DNA of 59,875 nucleotides, filler included, from Sphacelaria rigidula (GCA_964200075.2; 7 parts of 7 records of this genome joined end to end with filler, not necessarily neighbours in it), one strand, 5' to 3'; shown: positions 1 through 11,610, counted from the whole stretch's first letter. Made by a program: numbers and translations. The notes: a model not told the origin generated them from the letters alone.

Positions 1-97
1 GTATTGGAAAGGCGACCCTAGGTCTGTGACCACGGGTTCGCGAGATCGGACTAATGTGCGGAAATAATAATAATAATAATAATAAATAAATAAATAA
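1..97 (+). mobile_element. 3' end of a SINE/LINE-like repeat with (AAT)n tail
   Basis: GGCGACCCTAGGTCTGTGACCACGGGTTCGCGAGATCGGACTAATGTGCGG followed by (AAT)n/AAAT; degenerate reverse-complement copies at about 18618-18667 and 18765-18815 on another contig. Confidence 0.5.
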
Positions 98-119
98 GAA
101 GAGGCCTAAAACCACGGAG

Positions 120-840
120 AAGGAGGGCCAAAAAAAAAGGTAGTTTTAAACAGGAATTTGAAAGCCTCCCATAAGAGTCGGTTTTAGGCGGGATGTTATG
201 GCATACAGATTTTCGGCGCACGGATTGCTCACTTTTATGGCGTTTGAGCCACTTTTTGACCCCCAAACAGGGAAAATCGCCAACACACGTCTTGGACACG
301 TTGCATCACCCCACAGAGAGGCCCACTTTTCAGATTCGCTTGGCTCCCACGATTTCGAGAGCGGCCGCTGAACAAAAATCCGTGTGCAACAAAACTTACG
401 GCGATCTCCACAGATTATAGGGCAAACTGGCGGGGGTCGGCAAGCACGGATTTTCGCACCCGGATTTTTGTTCAGCGGTCAATCTCAAAACCTCGGAGCC
501 AAGCGAATCTGAAAAGTGGGCTAGGCTCCTCTCTGTGGGGTGATGCAAAGTGTCCAACACCTGTGTTGGCGATTTTCCCTGTTTGGAGATCAAAATGGGA
601 GTCAAATGTCTCAACCCTTAGGCGGCAAGAGTAGGTCATCTGTTGAATCGGCATCTAGTTCACTGGAAAAAGTTATGCATGATTCAGATGGACTACCCTT
701 GCGGTCCGAGGGTTAAAGGTGAACAATACGTGGGCCAAAAATCTGTTTGTCATAACATTTGGCCTTAGGCCAACTCTTATAAGAGCGTTTAGAATTTTAT
801 TTTGCAATAATTTTAAACGACTTTTTTTTTCTTTGCCGTA
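120..840. mobile_element. Foldback / long inverted-repeat element, right arm interrupted by a 98-bp MITE
   Basis: 243-386 is the reverse complement of about 455-610 (the same peptide KQGKSPTxVLDTLHHPTER appears on both strands in the ORF track); 165-240 pairs with 715-785 once 615-712 is removed. Confidence 0.8.
615..712. mobile_element. 98-bp piggyBac-type MITE (copy 1)
   Basis: CCCT...AGGG ends, about 30-bp imperfect TIR, flanked by TCAA/TTAA; core TGTTGAATCGGCATC...CATGATTCAGATGGACTACCC. Confidence 0.8.
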
Positions 841-1402
841 GTTGTGTTTTTTGTGCCCGTTCACCATGATGACAAAAAAAAAACTCTGAAATTGTTGCAA
901 AATACAATTACAAACGCTCCCACAAGAGTTGGCCTCATCAATCAGTTTTCGATAGAAAAAGCGCGGTGGAAAACAAATACCCTGATCTGATAGGTCCTGA
1001 TGTCGACCATCTTGGAAAAAAAGATTATAGTCTGGCTATGTCACTCTCTTGGTTTGTCCATTGCGGTGTATGCGACTACTGGGTGCGTATTGCGGACGGC
1101 ATTTGCTGGTGACACAATTTTGGGTATTTAGCGTGAACCAGCTGTAGGAGTGTAGAGGGCTCAAGAGGTGTAAATTGGGAACACATCTCGTCGACATTTT
1201 CTCGGCGAAACCCACTCCAGGACGTTTCAACTTTCCGCTAAAGAAATGGATCTTTCGGCAGTGCGGGGTAAGAATGGTATTCAAGGCGGGACGTTATTGA
1301 AACTTTCGACCTAAACTTTTACCCGACATTCCCGTCGTGTGAGGTACTTCAACCCGGTCACCTGCAAGAGGAGACGATCTGGGTATCCAATACATTTTCA
1401 CA

Positions 1403-1700
1403 CCCCTACACACCGAGAGTAGGGGATATATTGAATCGGGATCAATTTCCCATGAGAGAAGTATTCATGGTCCAGCTGGACTACCCTCGCGGTCGAAGGG
1501 TCAAACGCGAAGATGACGCCGGCTCCGTAGATGGCCCGCCCTGGAGGTGGAAGGGTTGACCCTTTGACTGCCACAGGTGGTCCATTCGTAAATCGGCATC
1601 ATTTTTGCAGTATACCTTTTCTCAACATGTCGATTCACAAATAGGGCCACCGCTTGCTCACTGTCAAAGGGTCAACCCTTTGACCGCGCGCATGACGTCA
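1403..1700. mobile_element. Tandem cluster of piggyBac-type MITE copies and fragments
   Basis: Copies at 1403-1500 and 1560-1671 and another start at 1676, joined through AGGG-TTGA-CCCT and AGGG-TCAA-CCCT junctions. Confidence 0.7.
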
Positions 1701-1989
1701 GTTCACCACTTGATAACATGGTCTCGGAAAATTCTAAATAACGCTAACCTCAACCCTAACCCTCGCTCTGACGAAGGCATACCAGATAGATCAGTGTTTC
1801 GCGGGCCAAGCAGGGCCAAGCATCCAAGAGAATACTTCTGGAGTATGACATGATACATTGGTTGAGCCGTGTGTTCTAACGAATTTCCGCGACAGGTGAG
1901 AGTATTCGAAAAATCGACTTTTCAGCAAGATTAATGAAAAAAACGCTGGGCGCGCTCGTTTTACGAAACCACGACATGCACGAGAGTAC

Positions 1990-2490
1990 AGAAGTGGTGC
2001 CACCTCGATACGAAGTCCTCAACAATGAACTTGGAAAAAAGCCCTCATGAAACTCTGCGATCCACTGTTGACTGGAATTCCATAAATGTTTGAACTTCTC
2101 TTCATCACTACGGGTATAACAACGACTTCATGGTTATCACCCATAACAGACCAATTTCATATTCGCAAAAGCATGAAAAATGCACTGAGTTCCCACACGG
2201 GTGCAGGTCGGTCTTGTCCAGTCACCATCTTCGCTGAAGAGGTTTCAGCCTTCAGCCTTCGAAGCAGTAATTATTTGAACCCGCGCGAAACACTTCGCGG
2301 ATTTTTCTCTGCAGCACTTGAACCCAACCAGCCGAGACTACAAAAAATTCAGAACTGAAGCACATGCCGACGCTTCATAAACACGCCCAAAGAGTACCGC
2401 GTGCTGAGTTTGCTGTGCCCAACAGTCAACTATGACAGCGCATGCCGGAGGGCTGCACCCCCAGGGCGGGTGCTGCCGTACGGTAGACAG
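1990..2490 (-). pseudogene. Fossil Mutator-like (MULE) DDE transposase fragment inside LSm6 intron 1
   Basis: One minus frame with stops reads PYGSTRPGG..ACAVIVDCWAQQTQHAVLFGRVYEAS...FARVQIIT...TQCIFHAFANMK...RCYTRSDEEKFKHLW, matching the MULE CxxH motif and the downstream eeeFxxlW pattern (my translation). Confidence 0.5.
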
Positions 2491-2495
2491 GTCAA

Positions 2496-2733
2496 CCCTT
2501 GAACGCCTGGGGTTGTGTGATGATGGGCTGGATCGGCATCATTTTTACTCGAAAAATGAATACGACTCATATGACGCACTCTTGTCGTGAAGGGTACATG
2601 CTGTTTGGTCGCTTGTTCATGAGTGAAAGTACCAACCCACTAACGCCGAGCACAGGCCATCTGTTGAATCGGCTTCAAGTTCACTTGAAGAAGGTATGCA
2701 TGATTCAGATGGGCCACCCTCGCGGCCGAGGGG
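2496..2733. mobile_element. Two piggyBac-type MITE copies (2496-2594 diverged; 2636-2733)
   Basis: Same ATCGGC(A/T)TCA core, CCC...GGG ends, 98-99 bp. Confidence 0.7.
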
Positions 2734-4191
2734 TTGGCAATTGTTGGATATTCTCAAGCCATAAAATTCAACGCACATTGCAGTGTCTCGAGTGTGCTCA
2801 CTGGCGATTTGTATGTTCAATGCCGATTTCAACAACGACACGTGCACCTACAACGCATATGGAAGGAAAACTCCGTAGCTTCGGGGATCCGCGTCTAGTC
2901 ATGAGCGCCATCGTGCGCGCTTTTGCAAACACAGTCAGTCCACCAACAGCTCTAGATTACACAATCAAAAGCCGCCCACCCTGTACAACTGTCCGTACGA
3001 TAAAATTATATTTATAGTGCACCTGCTACTGTGCTATGCCACACTGTCACACGTACGCGTAGAATCAGAATATCCACCGAAGCTAGACAGATATGTATCA
3101 TGTAAATATTTTTGTACTGTCCTGCGCATAATCTTTCAGGCGGGGCAGGTATTGGTGTTGGAACTACGGTGACACCTGGTAGCATCAGCCATAACGATAG
3201 TTCGGCTTTCGACGCAGAACGTCCGTCGCGGGGATATTTAGTGCAGTCATAACTTTGGCAGAGCGCTGATCGCGTCCTGCGCCCAGGAAAGCTTAGCGAG
3301 GGCTGTTGAGTTGTTTCAAACTAGGCTTCGATTCAGAAGTAACTCTCGGCCAGCCGCAGCACATAAAAATGTGCGAATTGCGCAGCAGAGGGAACACCTT
3401 ATATTTTGAATTTCATGACAAGAGGGCGTTTTGGTTTTGAAACAGACCATGCATTACTGCTGTACGTCACGGTGCCGTACTTTTGCTGTACTCCACAAGC
3501 TACGGTGCAGGTTGAGGTACGCTCGAAGTACTTCTGTGCTATGCGGCACACGGTAGTACTTCTTGAGTGCGCTGCCGATGTAGTGAATAGCAGATTCAGG
3601 TGCAACTAGGGTGTACAGCAAAGTACTCGACAAACGCCAACCATGTGTCGTCTTCCTTGGTGCAGGTCAGGTGAAGAGCGAAGAGGACGGCTCGCATCGT
3701 ACCACCACAACAAAAGCTAATTCAGTCCAGTGCGTACACAGCCAAAGAATAAACACAAGAGGGGTGCCCACCATACGCGCATCGTTCTCGGCCGTCTCTG
3801 TAAATGCACAGATACAACGGCGGCATATCCAAACATGGATTTTCAAATTACCGGGGGGTAACCTCGCTGCCCATCCTGCCCCCACAACGCCCGCTATACA
3901 TAAATGGGCGGACAATCGGTTGACTGTACTGTAACGTTCTACATCGGCGAAAATATGTTCAAACTCCATTTCCTCGAAACCTAAGGCGGCCACCCCATCG
4001 CAAAACATGCGTTGCTAGGGTGCACCCGTCGACATATGCCGATAATCGTATCGTTGAGGGGTTTACGAACTCACTCCCCCAGTAAATGGAGGTTGCAACA
4101 CCATCACTTGCAGGGTGTTATCTGTCGTCACTTACACAGCAAACTACCCCCACCCGCTCGCGACACCCACCACGTCCAACACATTTCTTAC

Positions 4192-4510
4192 CCCGGTAAT
4201 CAATCCCTGAGTTGAGCTTCACAACCACCGGTCGCCCCAACACAGTCTTCAAGAAGTCGCTGGGGCTCTTCTTTGTAGATCCTGTTTGTGCGGGCGCGGC
4301 AACTGCCACTGCTATTGCTTGCGCAACGGCTGCTGGGGCGGGGGGGGCAGCAACCGGCGTGTTTTTGGGCGGTGACGACTTTTGATGATTTTGACCCTTG
4401 CTGCTCTCATTCTGCACCTTTTGCTCCTCATCCGATTCATCCGATTCCTGAGCAGCGTCAGGCCTATCTTGTGGTGGTGGTGGTGGTGGCGGCGGAGATG
4501 TGTCTCCCAT
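4192..4510 (-). CDS. LSM6: Sm-like protein LSm6, exon 1 (rest of gene not found in this contig)
   Basis: KKSPSDFLKTVLGRPVVVKLNSGIDYRG is the LSm6 N-helix and Sm1 motif; phase-1 donor G|GTAAGA at 4191; ATG at 4510 preceded by an in-frame stop. Confidence 0.9.
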
Positions 4511-5380
4511 GATTCGAGCAAGTCGGGATCACCTTACTGTTGTTTTGTGTTCTACTTGTTGTTATCGATCTTGCGGTCAGTTGTGTTTTGCCTCTTTCGA
4601 GTTTGCGGGTTCAGGAGCTGTTGTGGTGTTGTGTTATGACACTTTCGCTAGCTCCAACAGGCAGACCCGTAGTCGAACGACGGAAGATCCCAAGGTCTCC
4701 GAATACAAATCCCAAGAGGGCAGAATCAGTGGCCGAATACGAACGGAAACGTGTCGAACGCATCTGAAACCTTTGGGGGTACGTTGATACATCGACAACT
4801 TGTGTGACACACTGCTGTGAGGAGCCATCCATCCTCGAAATACAACATGAATAAAATTTGTTCGTCATCATCTTGTCGTCCCATCGTAAACGAGAGTAAA
4901 TGATACTACCTCTGGGCGACGCCTCCTTACATGTTGGAGGTTCGGTTGGATCAAGGGGCGGCGTTGTGTTTGTGATGACCAGGACTGATGGCATGGGAGT
5001 AAGTGCATTGCAAGGTATGCGTGTATCTTAACAATATCTGCACCCATCCGTCCTGCATGTCTATAGCGCACCCCATCTGTTCAAGCAGCTTGCAGATCTC
5101 GCGGAGTCAGCCCAAGGCAGACGGTGTAACCACTCAGTGGTGATGCCAGACCAACAGTAGCGCATGCGACCAATGAATATATATAAATATATATGTTAAT
5201 CACGATAATAGTCGGCGGTACGTGGCATGTAAAATATGGGAGGGCGTTTTTGCTGTGTAAGAAGCAAACAACGGCACAACAGCACGGTATGTTACCAGGG
5301 TGCAGCAACGTTTGGACAACTCAAAAATAACTTCTCCAACCCCAAGTTATTCTTTACCCCAACCTTGCTTCCGCGGTCAG

Positions 5381-5548
5381 GGTAGGAACAGTCGCCCAGG
5401 CAATATGTCGGATATCCTAAGGGGCGCTGGTGACGTGAATGTTGATAGCCAAGCGAAACAAGCGAAGGAGAAAGAGCGCTTGGGACCTTGGCTATCTGCC
5501 TGGCATGACCCGGTGGCCGACCTCGCGTGCAGTGGAGGATGCATGCAG
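5381..5548 (+). CDS. Possible exon of an unknown gene divergent from LSM6
   Basis: CAG acceptor at 5380, open frame GRNSRPGNMSDILRGAGDV...ACSGGCMQ, CAG|GTACGG donor; no recognisable domain. Confidence 0.25.
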
Positions 5549-5896
5549 GTACGGTACAGATCAAATCTTACGGTGCAAAACGACCCCTACCTTACGATCC
5601 GAATACTGTAATAATGGGCACAACGATATACCACCACTACTACTGCAGTGGTTTCGTCATTTTTTCACGGTCGTGAGCACCATCGGTACGTCAAGCTCAG
5701 GCATATCGGTGCATGATTCAGACGGGACGAACAATCCCAATTGGCTACAGCGACACTATATATAGGAATGTTCACCGCTTGCTCACCAGGCGTCGGCCTA
5801 TACACTGATGTATACTGCTGTTGTACGAATGATGTACGAGCTGGGCCAGCCTAGAGGCGGGTTTGTAGTTTGCAGGCCCATTCGCTGGTCAATGTG

Positions 5897-6118
5897 TAGA
5901 GTTGGACCCTAGAACTCGGTACGGATAACGAATACGGTAGAGCATAATAAAAAACATACACATGCACTCAAAGTTTTTTTTTCATGATTGAACGGCATTT
6001 TACTGATGCCTGAAAAACCGATTATTGCTCATGAAGAAGGATTTCGGGTGCGCGCGTTTTCTATTATTATTATTATGCCCTATACATTGCCCATACCCAA
6101 TTTTAGGGTCCAACTCTA
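5897..6118. mobile_element. hAT-like hairpin MITE
   Basis: TIR TAGAGTTGGACCCTA(G/A)AA(C/T)T(C/G)GGTA(C/T)GG at both ends; interior also inverted; 8-bp TSD only partly conserved. Confidence 0.65.
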
Positions 6119-7353
6119 AAATTGGGCGGTGAATGACCCGTTTAGTAAATGGGTAGGTAGAAATTCGGAAGAGTAATTTGCATGCCACTTACCGGCCCAT
6201 GTTTAGTGTTTGTGTATTGAAATCTTGTGTGTGACCTCGCAAGGGCATGATGAACAAAAAAAGTGGGTCATCATGTTGGTAATCATTAGTCATTTCACTG
6301 GTTTAGGGCGTGTTAGTATGGTAACGATCATGTTTTTACGAGAACGCCCGAACCTCTCCCCACCCCCCCTCAAAAAATGAAGGCCCTTTTTTCACATTCA
6401 GCATACCTCCTCTGTGGTTCTCCATGCTGAGTTTCAAATCACATTTCCAAAAATTAAGCTAAAATTTTGAGATAAGGCCCCGGATCAATGTCAATTTCTC
6501 CTCAAACCTTCCTTAAAGAAGCGAATATATATACATATATTTCATCATGCACTAGCGGTTCTCCAAACGAAGTTTTGTTGCATAACTCTCGAAAACTGAG
6601 ACGCGATATTCAGATTTAGGGCATCTAGTGCCTCTGCTCGTAATATATTAATCTTCGTATAGAACCATATGTGCGCCATATCTCGAGATAGATAACAAAA
6701 TAGTAGGTGAAGGTGAGGGTATCTATCGTCTTCCCGTGCTGCAGGGAAGGTCCACACCAAAAATCGTCGTCATCCGCTAAATGTATCGTTCGGGGTTTCG
6801 TATAGATTTTAGTATGGACTCTATCTCCGTACGGTATAGGAATTGCTGGACATGAGGTTTGATCAACGAGAAAATATTGACCCAGACTCTTGAACAGATG
6901 GGCACCTTCCCCTTGAATAGGCGATTAGTACGATATGCGGATCACGGCCCAAGTCGCTATGTCGATGAGATATTGCTTTTACAGCTTAAACCCGTTTCTA
7001 GGCTGGCCCAGCTCGTATATACCTCTAAGTACTTTTTGTATCGTTGCAAACACCCCCTTACCTGAAGCCATGCGCTATCCCTTGTTCATCATTACATCAC
7101 TGTCATCATGATCGGAGGGTACAATATTTATAGTCGCATTTTCCTCGTCACACAAAGTTCGATTCCACGGCCAACGAGGAAAACGGGCTGATGAACTCCT
7201 CTCGTGATTAAAAAGAGCAAGGCAGGCACTGCAGAAGGAAGGTCGAGTGCGAAAAAAAAATCCTATATGTTGACCCTCCTCCTGTGTGACCCTGGCCGAT
7301 GCACCCACATCGAGTCTATACCGAAAGGTGTAGCGAGGCGTCCAGAATAGGTG

Positions 7354-7709
7354 AGATGATAACACACACAACACACCTTTCCTTGTTTTCCTTCCCTTTT
7401 CCACTTGTGTTTTCGTGCTCTATTTGTTCAGTTTAGACGAACTATTGTGGGAAGCCTTTTCTGATCCCTCAATAGTTTATAGGTCGAAAATGCGCGATTT
7501 ACTGGGCGGGATTGTCGGAATACACCGGTAGCGATGACAACACACACAACGCACCTTTCCTTGTTTTCCTTCCCTTTTCCCCTTGTGTTTTCGTGCTTTA
7601 TTTGTTCAGTTTAGACGAACTATTTTGGGAAGCCTTTTCTGATCCCTCAATAGTTTATAGGTCGAAAATACGCGATTTACTGGGCGGGATTGTCGGAATA
7701 CACCGGTAG
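7354..7709. repeat. Tandem duplication, 178 bp x2
   Basis: Both units end in TCGGAATACACCGGTAG (7531 and 7709) and are nearly identical. Confidence 0.9.
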
Positions 7710-8096
7710 GGCTCGCCAGGATGCCCCGCGTAGCTTTTCCGAGATGTTCTCCGGTGCAGTTTCCCGTTTCTCCTCCAGAGTCAGTTTGACTGTTCGCCAA
7801 TGGTACTACTCCTGAGAGCATGCTGATGCTTAGCCAAACATTGTAAAAAAACAAGATTTTGCCCTGAGATCTGATAAAGACTAAACATCAGCGTGCCCTC
7901 ACAACCGGCAACATGGACGAACAGGATCAAACGACGACTCTGGATAAACGGGAAACTGCTCCAGAAAGCTTTTTTAAAACTACGGGGGGTATTTTGAGGA
8001 GCCTATCGATATTTATGACAAACCCGTGGAGTAAATCGCGTATTTTCGAAAGGAAAATTTCATCCTGAGAGCCCAACAATAATTTCCCATTATAGT
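7618..8096. mobile_element. Foldback element / long imperfect palindrome
   Basis: TCGAAAATACGCGATTTAC pairs with GTAAATCGCGTATTTTCGA; GCAGTTTCCCGTTT..TCCAGAGTC pairs with GACTCTGGA.AAACGGGAAACTGC; GAGAGCATGCTGATGCTTAG pairs with CTAAACATCAGCGTGCCCTC. Confidence 0.75.
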
Positions 8097-8470
8097 GGGG
8101 TTTGCTCTATCGTTTTCGTTTTCATATTTCTCTCTCTCTCTCTCTCTCTCTCAATATGTCGACTTTCTGTTCACCAGTGCTTTCGTGTTGTTTCGCTGCA
8201 CCTTGAGTACGTCTATACGTGTGGATAATGACCACCACCGGATTCCTCGGGCATTAGATAATTTGCGACAGTCGATCGATCAATCATTCAATCGACGCAT
8301 CAATATTTTCTTTCCGAATCTCTCGTGCTTTACTATTTGGCAATATGCAATGCACAGTGTTCGTAAAATGGTGACACCAAGACACCTAGGCCTCTACAGC
8401 CAGCTAAAGGTGACATTTGGTGGTTTCGGGGAGTTTGGAGGGCAGGGGGGGGGGCGTACTCATTTGTTGC

Positions 8471-8570
8471 NNNNNNNNNNNNNNNNNNNNNNNNNNNNNN
8501 NNNNNNNNNNNNNNTTAATTAATTAANNNNNNNNNNNNNNNNNNNNNNNNNNNNNNNNNNNNNNNNNNNN
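8471..8570. other. Artificial contig linker
   Basis: N44-TTAATTAATTAA-N44 (stops in all six frames). Confidence 0.99.
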
Positions 8571-9676
8571 GAGAGCGATGGCCTAGCACAGGTACGTTCT
8601 CGGCCGATCGGTGGCCCAGATAAGGTACGATTGAAAAATAATTCCTAGATCAGGTATACCTGGGCGAAACTTGGCCTACAAAAGGTAAGCGGCTTCTGAA
8701 GGCGAGACGTCCGTTTTCGCGGGGCCATATCTCTCGAGTAGCATTTTTTCTTCCCGTTTTTTTTCGAGATCGGGGTGCCAATGGCCCCCCCGAATGATGT
8801 GCGTGAAAAAGTCGTAGCGAAAACGGTCAAAATGACGTGTTTGGCTGTTTTCGCGTTTCTGGCCATTTTTCGTACCTTTTGGGGGGCAAAAAAACGAGAT
8901 GGTATACCTTTTCTAGTCCATTGCTCAAAAATGAAAGTGTGTGTTCAATTATTTCTCGATACCGAGAAGGGAAAAACAGAATGAGGGAGCGTCGGCGAGA
9001 AGACAAGAGTTTTGGACGATGCCTAGCGTGAAAGTATATTGTCTCCAAACAGGGTCTGCAAAACGACGAAAATCTGCTCACACCTCTAGTCGGTAATTTT
9101 GCAGGTTCATCTGCTCACCATACAACAATATGCCTGTTGGAGAGCTGGTACAATGAAGTTGCCGCGTACCCCGAGCGGGGGCGTCGTAGCGTAAAAGCGT
9201 GCTGAAAAAATTCGTCACAACTACCATCTGATGAGTCACTGCACGAGAGGCTGTGCTCCACGCCGCCCTCCGACACATTTGATGATGATCAAATTACCTT
9301 GGTTGCCGTTAAAACCGATGAAATTTCGTTCAAATCCGCACCGCCGACTCCGCTTGCGGCGGAAACCACGTTTGTGGGAACATACACCTGTTTGGTTTCT
9401 TGCACCTAGATAGCAGTATGGTGATTACACTGTGTTCAGTCTTTCTACTTGTCGACACTCTTTGCGTTGATGGAGAATAGTGGCACGGTGCATTTCTCGA
9501 CTTTGCCGGAAAGTAATACGGAACACATTTTAAGTTGCTGTTGCGGTACAATACCCACCGTAGATGACACGGTGCGTCCAGGTGTACAGTAACGTGCTTC
9601 GGAGGCAACAACTTACGTCACCCCCTTTTGCTTTCGCTTGCCTCCCATGATCTTTGATCTTGTCGGGTTCTTGTAG

Positions 9677-9831
9677 GTGTACAGGTACGTGCTCGAGGTT
9701 TTCAATCTGGAACAGCACGGTGCGAGTACTCCGCCTCGCGATTCCGCTCCGGATGCCTCGTGCAACAGCAGTAACATCAACAGCAGCAACAGCAATGGCA
9801 ACAAAGGCAACAAACCACGGGTTATCGAAAG
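9677..9831 (+). CDS. Probable upstream exon of the RING gene (Asn/Ser-rich)
   Basis: TTGTAG acceptor, VYRYVLEVFNLEQHG...SNINSSNSNGNK, AAG|GTCAGT donor; link to the RING exon not established. Confidence 0.4.
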
Positions 9832-10873
9832 GTCAGTGTCCAGCCATCTCGGATATTCGTTGTCGTTGTAGTTGTGGTGACAGCGGCGACGTCGGCACTG
9901 GCAGGGCGATTGTTCAGTCCCACATGCTTCGGTGTTACCGCGCGAAATGTTTCGTGAGAGCCTGCACAGAGCTCTCGTTTTTCGTTTTCTCCTGCGGTTC
10001 TTTGTTCTCTTGGAGCCGTGTTCTTCTCTCGTGTAGACTTGCGATACCTGCTGACGGGCAATGGCATTCTTGTCCTCAGTCAGGTCGTTTCAAGTCGCGG
10101 GAAAACACCTTGAGCACCCTTGCTGACTAGTAAGGTGGGTGATGCGTCGATACTTGATACTTACAATCCCCTGGTTTCAATATTGTGCAGAACTGGGGAG
10201 GATGCCGACGAAGACGAGGAGAACATGCTTCAGCTTTTGCAGTGCTCGTTTTGCATGGTGAGATATCTTTCCGAGCTATGATATGAACGCCAAACGCCGT
10301 TGTTGGCATCCTACACCAATGAATATGCTCGCATGAACATACGACCCCATATTTGAGACCCACACCAAGCGACCGACGAAATACAATCTGCGTGTACAGG
10401 CGCTAGCTTGCGTGGCATCTCGACAAAAGCGTCTCTCACAGGATAATATTGCCTTTCGTCATGGCCAAGTTCTTGGAACGAGCCGCTCACCGTATGGCGG
10501 GAGGCGGGCTTCGCGGATAATGAAAGTACAAGCCAACGGAAGTACAAGCCAGGCATCTCAATTCGTTGCTTGTACAGTGCTACACAACATTCGCCGTCCT
10601 ACGGATTTTACCAAAGATGTGCCAAGTGCTCTTCTCGACGACTTGTGTTTCCGGGGATGTGTAGTCCGCCCGGTACAACCAGCCACAACCGTGGTCATCA
10701 TCGCGCCCGACTTCAACGCTGCTCGGGATGTTTGCCACTGGCGTGGGGGAAGTCGATCGCTAGAGAGGAGAGCCTCGGGATAGATCTGCGGGGATGCAAA
10801 GCTCTCCTAGCACAACCGGGATTCCTCTCGTTCCAACACACCCGTGATCGTTTTTTTCTCTCGTTTATATCAG

Positions 10874-11028
10874 GGAATTTTCGTTGATCCGACGGAGGTG
10901 AATTGCAAGGGTCGTCACCTATTCTGCCTAGAGTGCATCAAGCAGATCCTAGCAACAAGAAACGACTGCCCGCAGTGCCGAAGTGTGATATCCGCTGCCT
11001 GCAGAGAGAGTATTCTCGGATCGAAAAG
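10874..11028 (+). CDS. C3HC4 RING finger exon (E3 ligase-like)
   Basis: Polypyrimidine-CAG acceptor; GIFVDPTEVNCKGRHLFCLECIKQILATRNDCPQCR supplies RING ligands 3-8; AAG|GTGAGT donor. Confidence 0.8.
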
Positions 11029-11527
11029 GTGAGTGCTTCATGCTTCGGTGTGCATGGCATTTGTTTGTGTGTGACGTGTGGCAAGCGGCATATACATTTT
11101 TTCACGTGCTTTTTCGTCCCACTTGCACTCCCTCGGGTAACCCTTTGGTACTGGCAATGGAAAATTGTGGATTCCGAGGTGCTGTTCTTGAACCCATGGT
11201 TGAGTATTTACAACGTTCCCGCAAAGCTATTAACCCGACCCGTGTTTTTCAGATCCGTATTGAAATGTGCCCCAGGACTTCGTATATAGAAAACAGACAG
11301 GTGATTCCAATTTTTGTTTGTATAGACTTCAGGGACGCAAGTGCGGATTTTGGGTGTGTCCACAAACTTGACCGGTTGCGTCCCTCACTGAACGAAACAA
11401 ACCTGACCACACGGGGGTGACACTTTTGATACGTGCATGACGTATGCCGGTGGATTATTCTGTGGCCTTCCGCCGCGGAAATGGTTGCCATCGGTCTTTT
11501 GTGTTTCCATCTGTTTTTTTTTGTCAG

Positions 11528-11610
11528 GGCTTGAAATAATGAGGCGTCTGGCCCGGGGACGGAAGGGGAGAGTTCTCAAAGGGTTGAGGAATGGAATAAT
11601 TTCTACGTAC
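11528..11610 (+). CDS. Possible internal exon of the RING gene
   Basis: T-tract GTCAG acceptor, LEIMRRLARGRKGRVLKGLRNGIIST, GTACGT/GTATGC donors. Confidence 0.35.
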
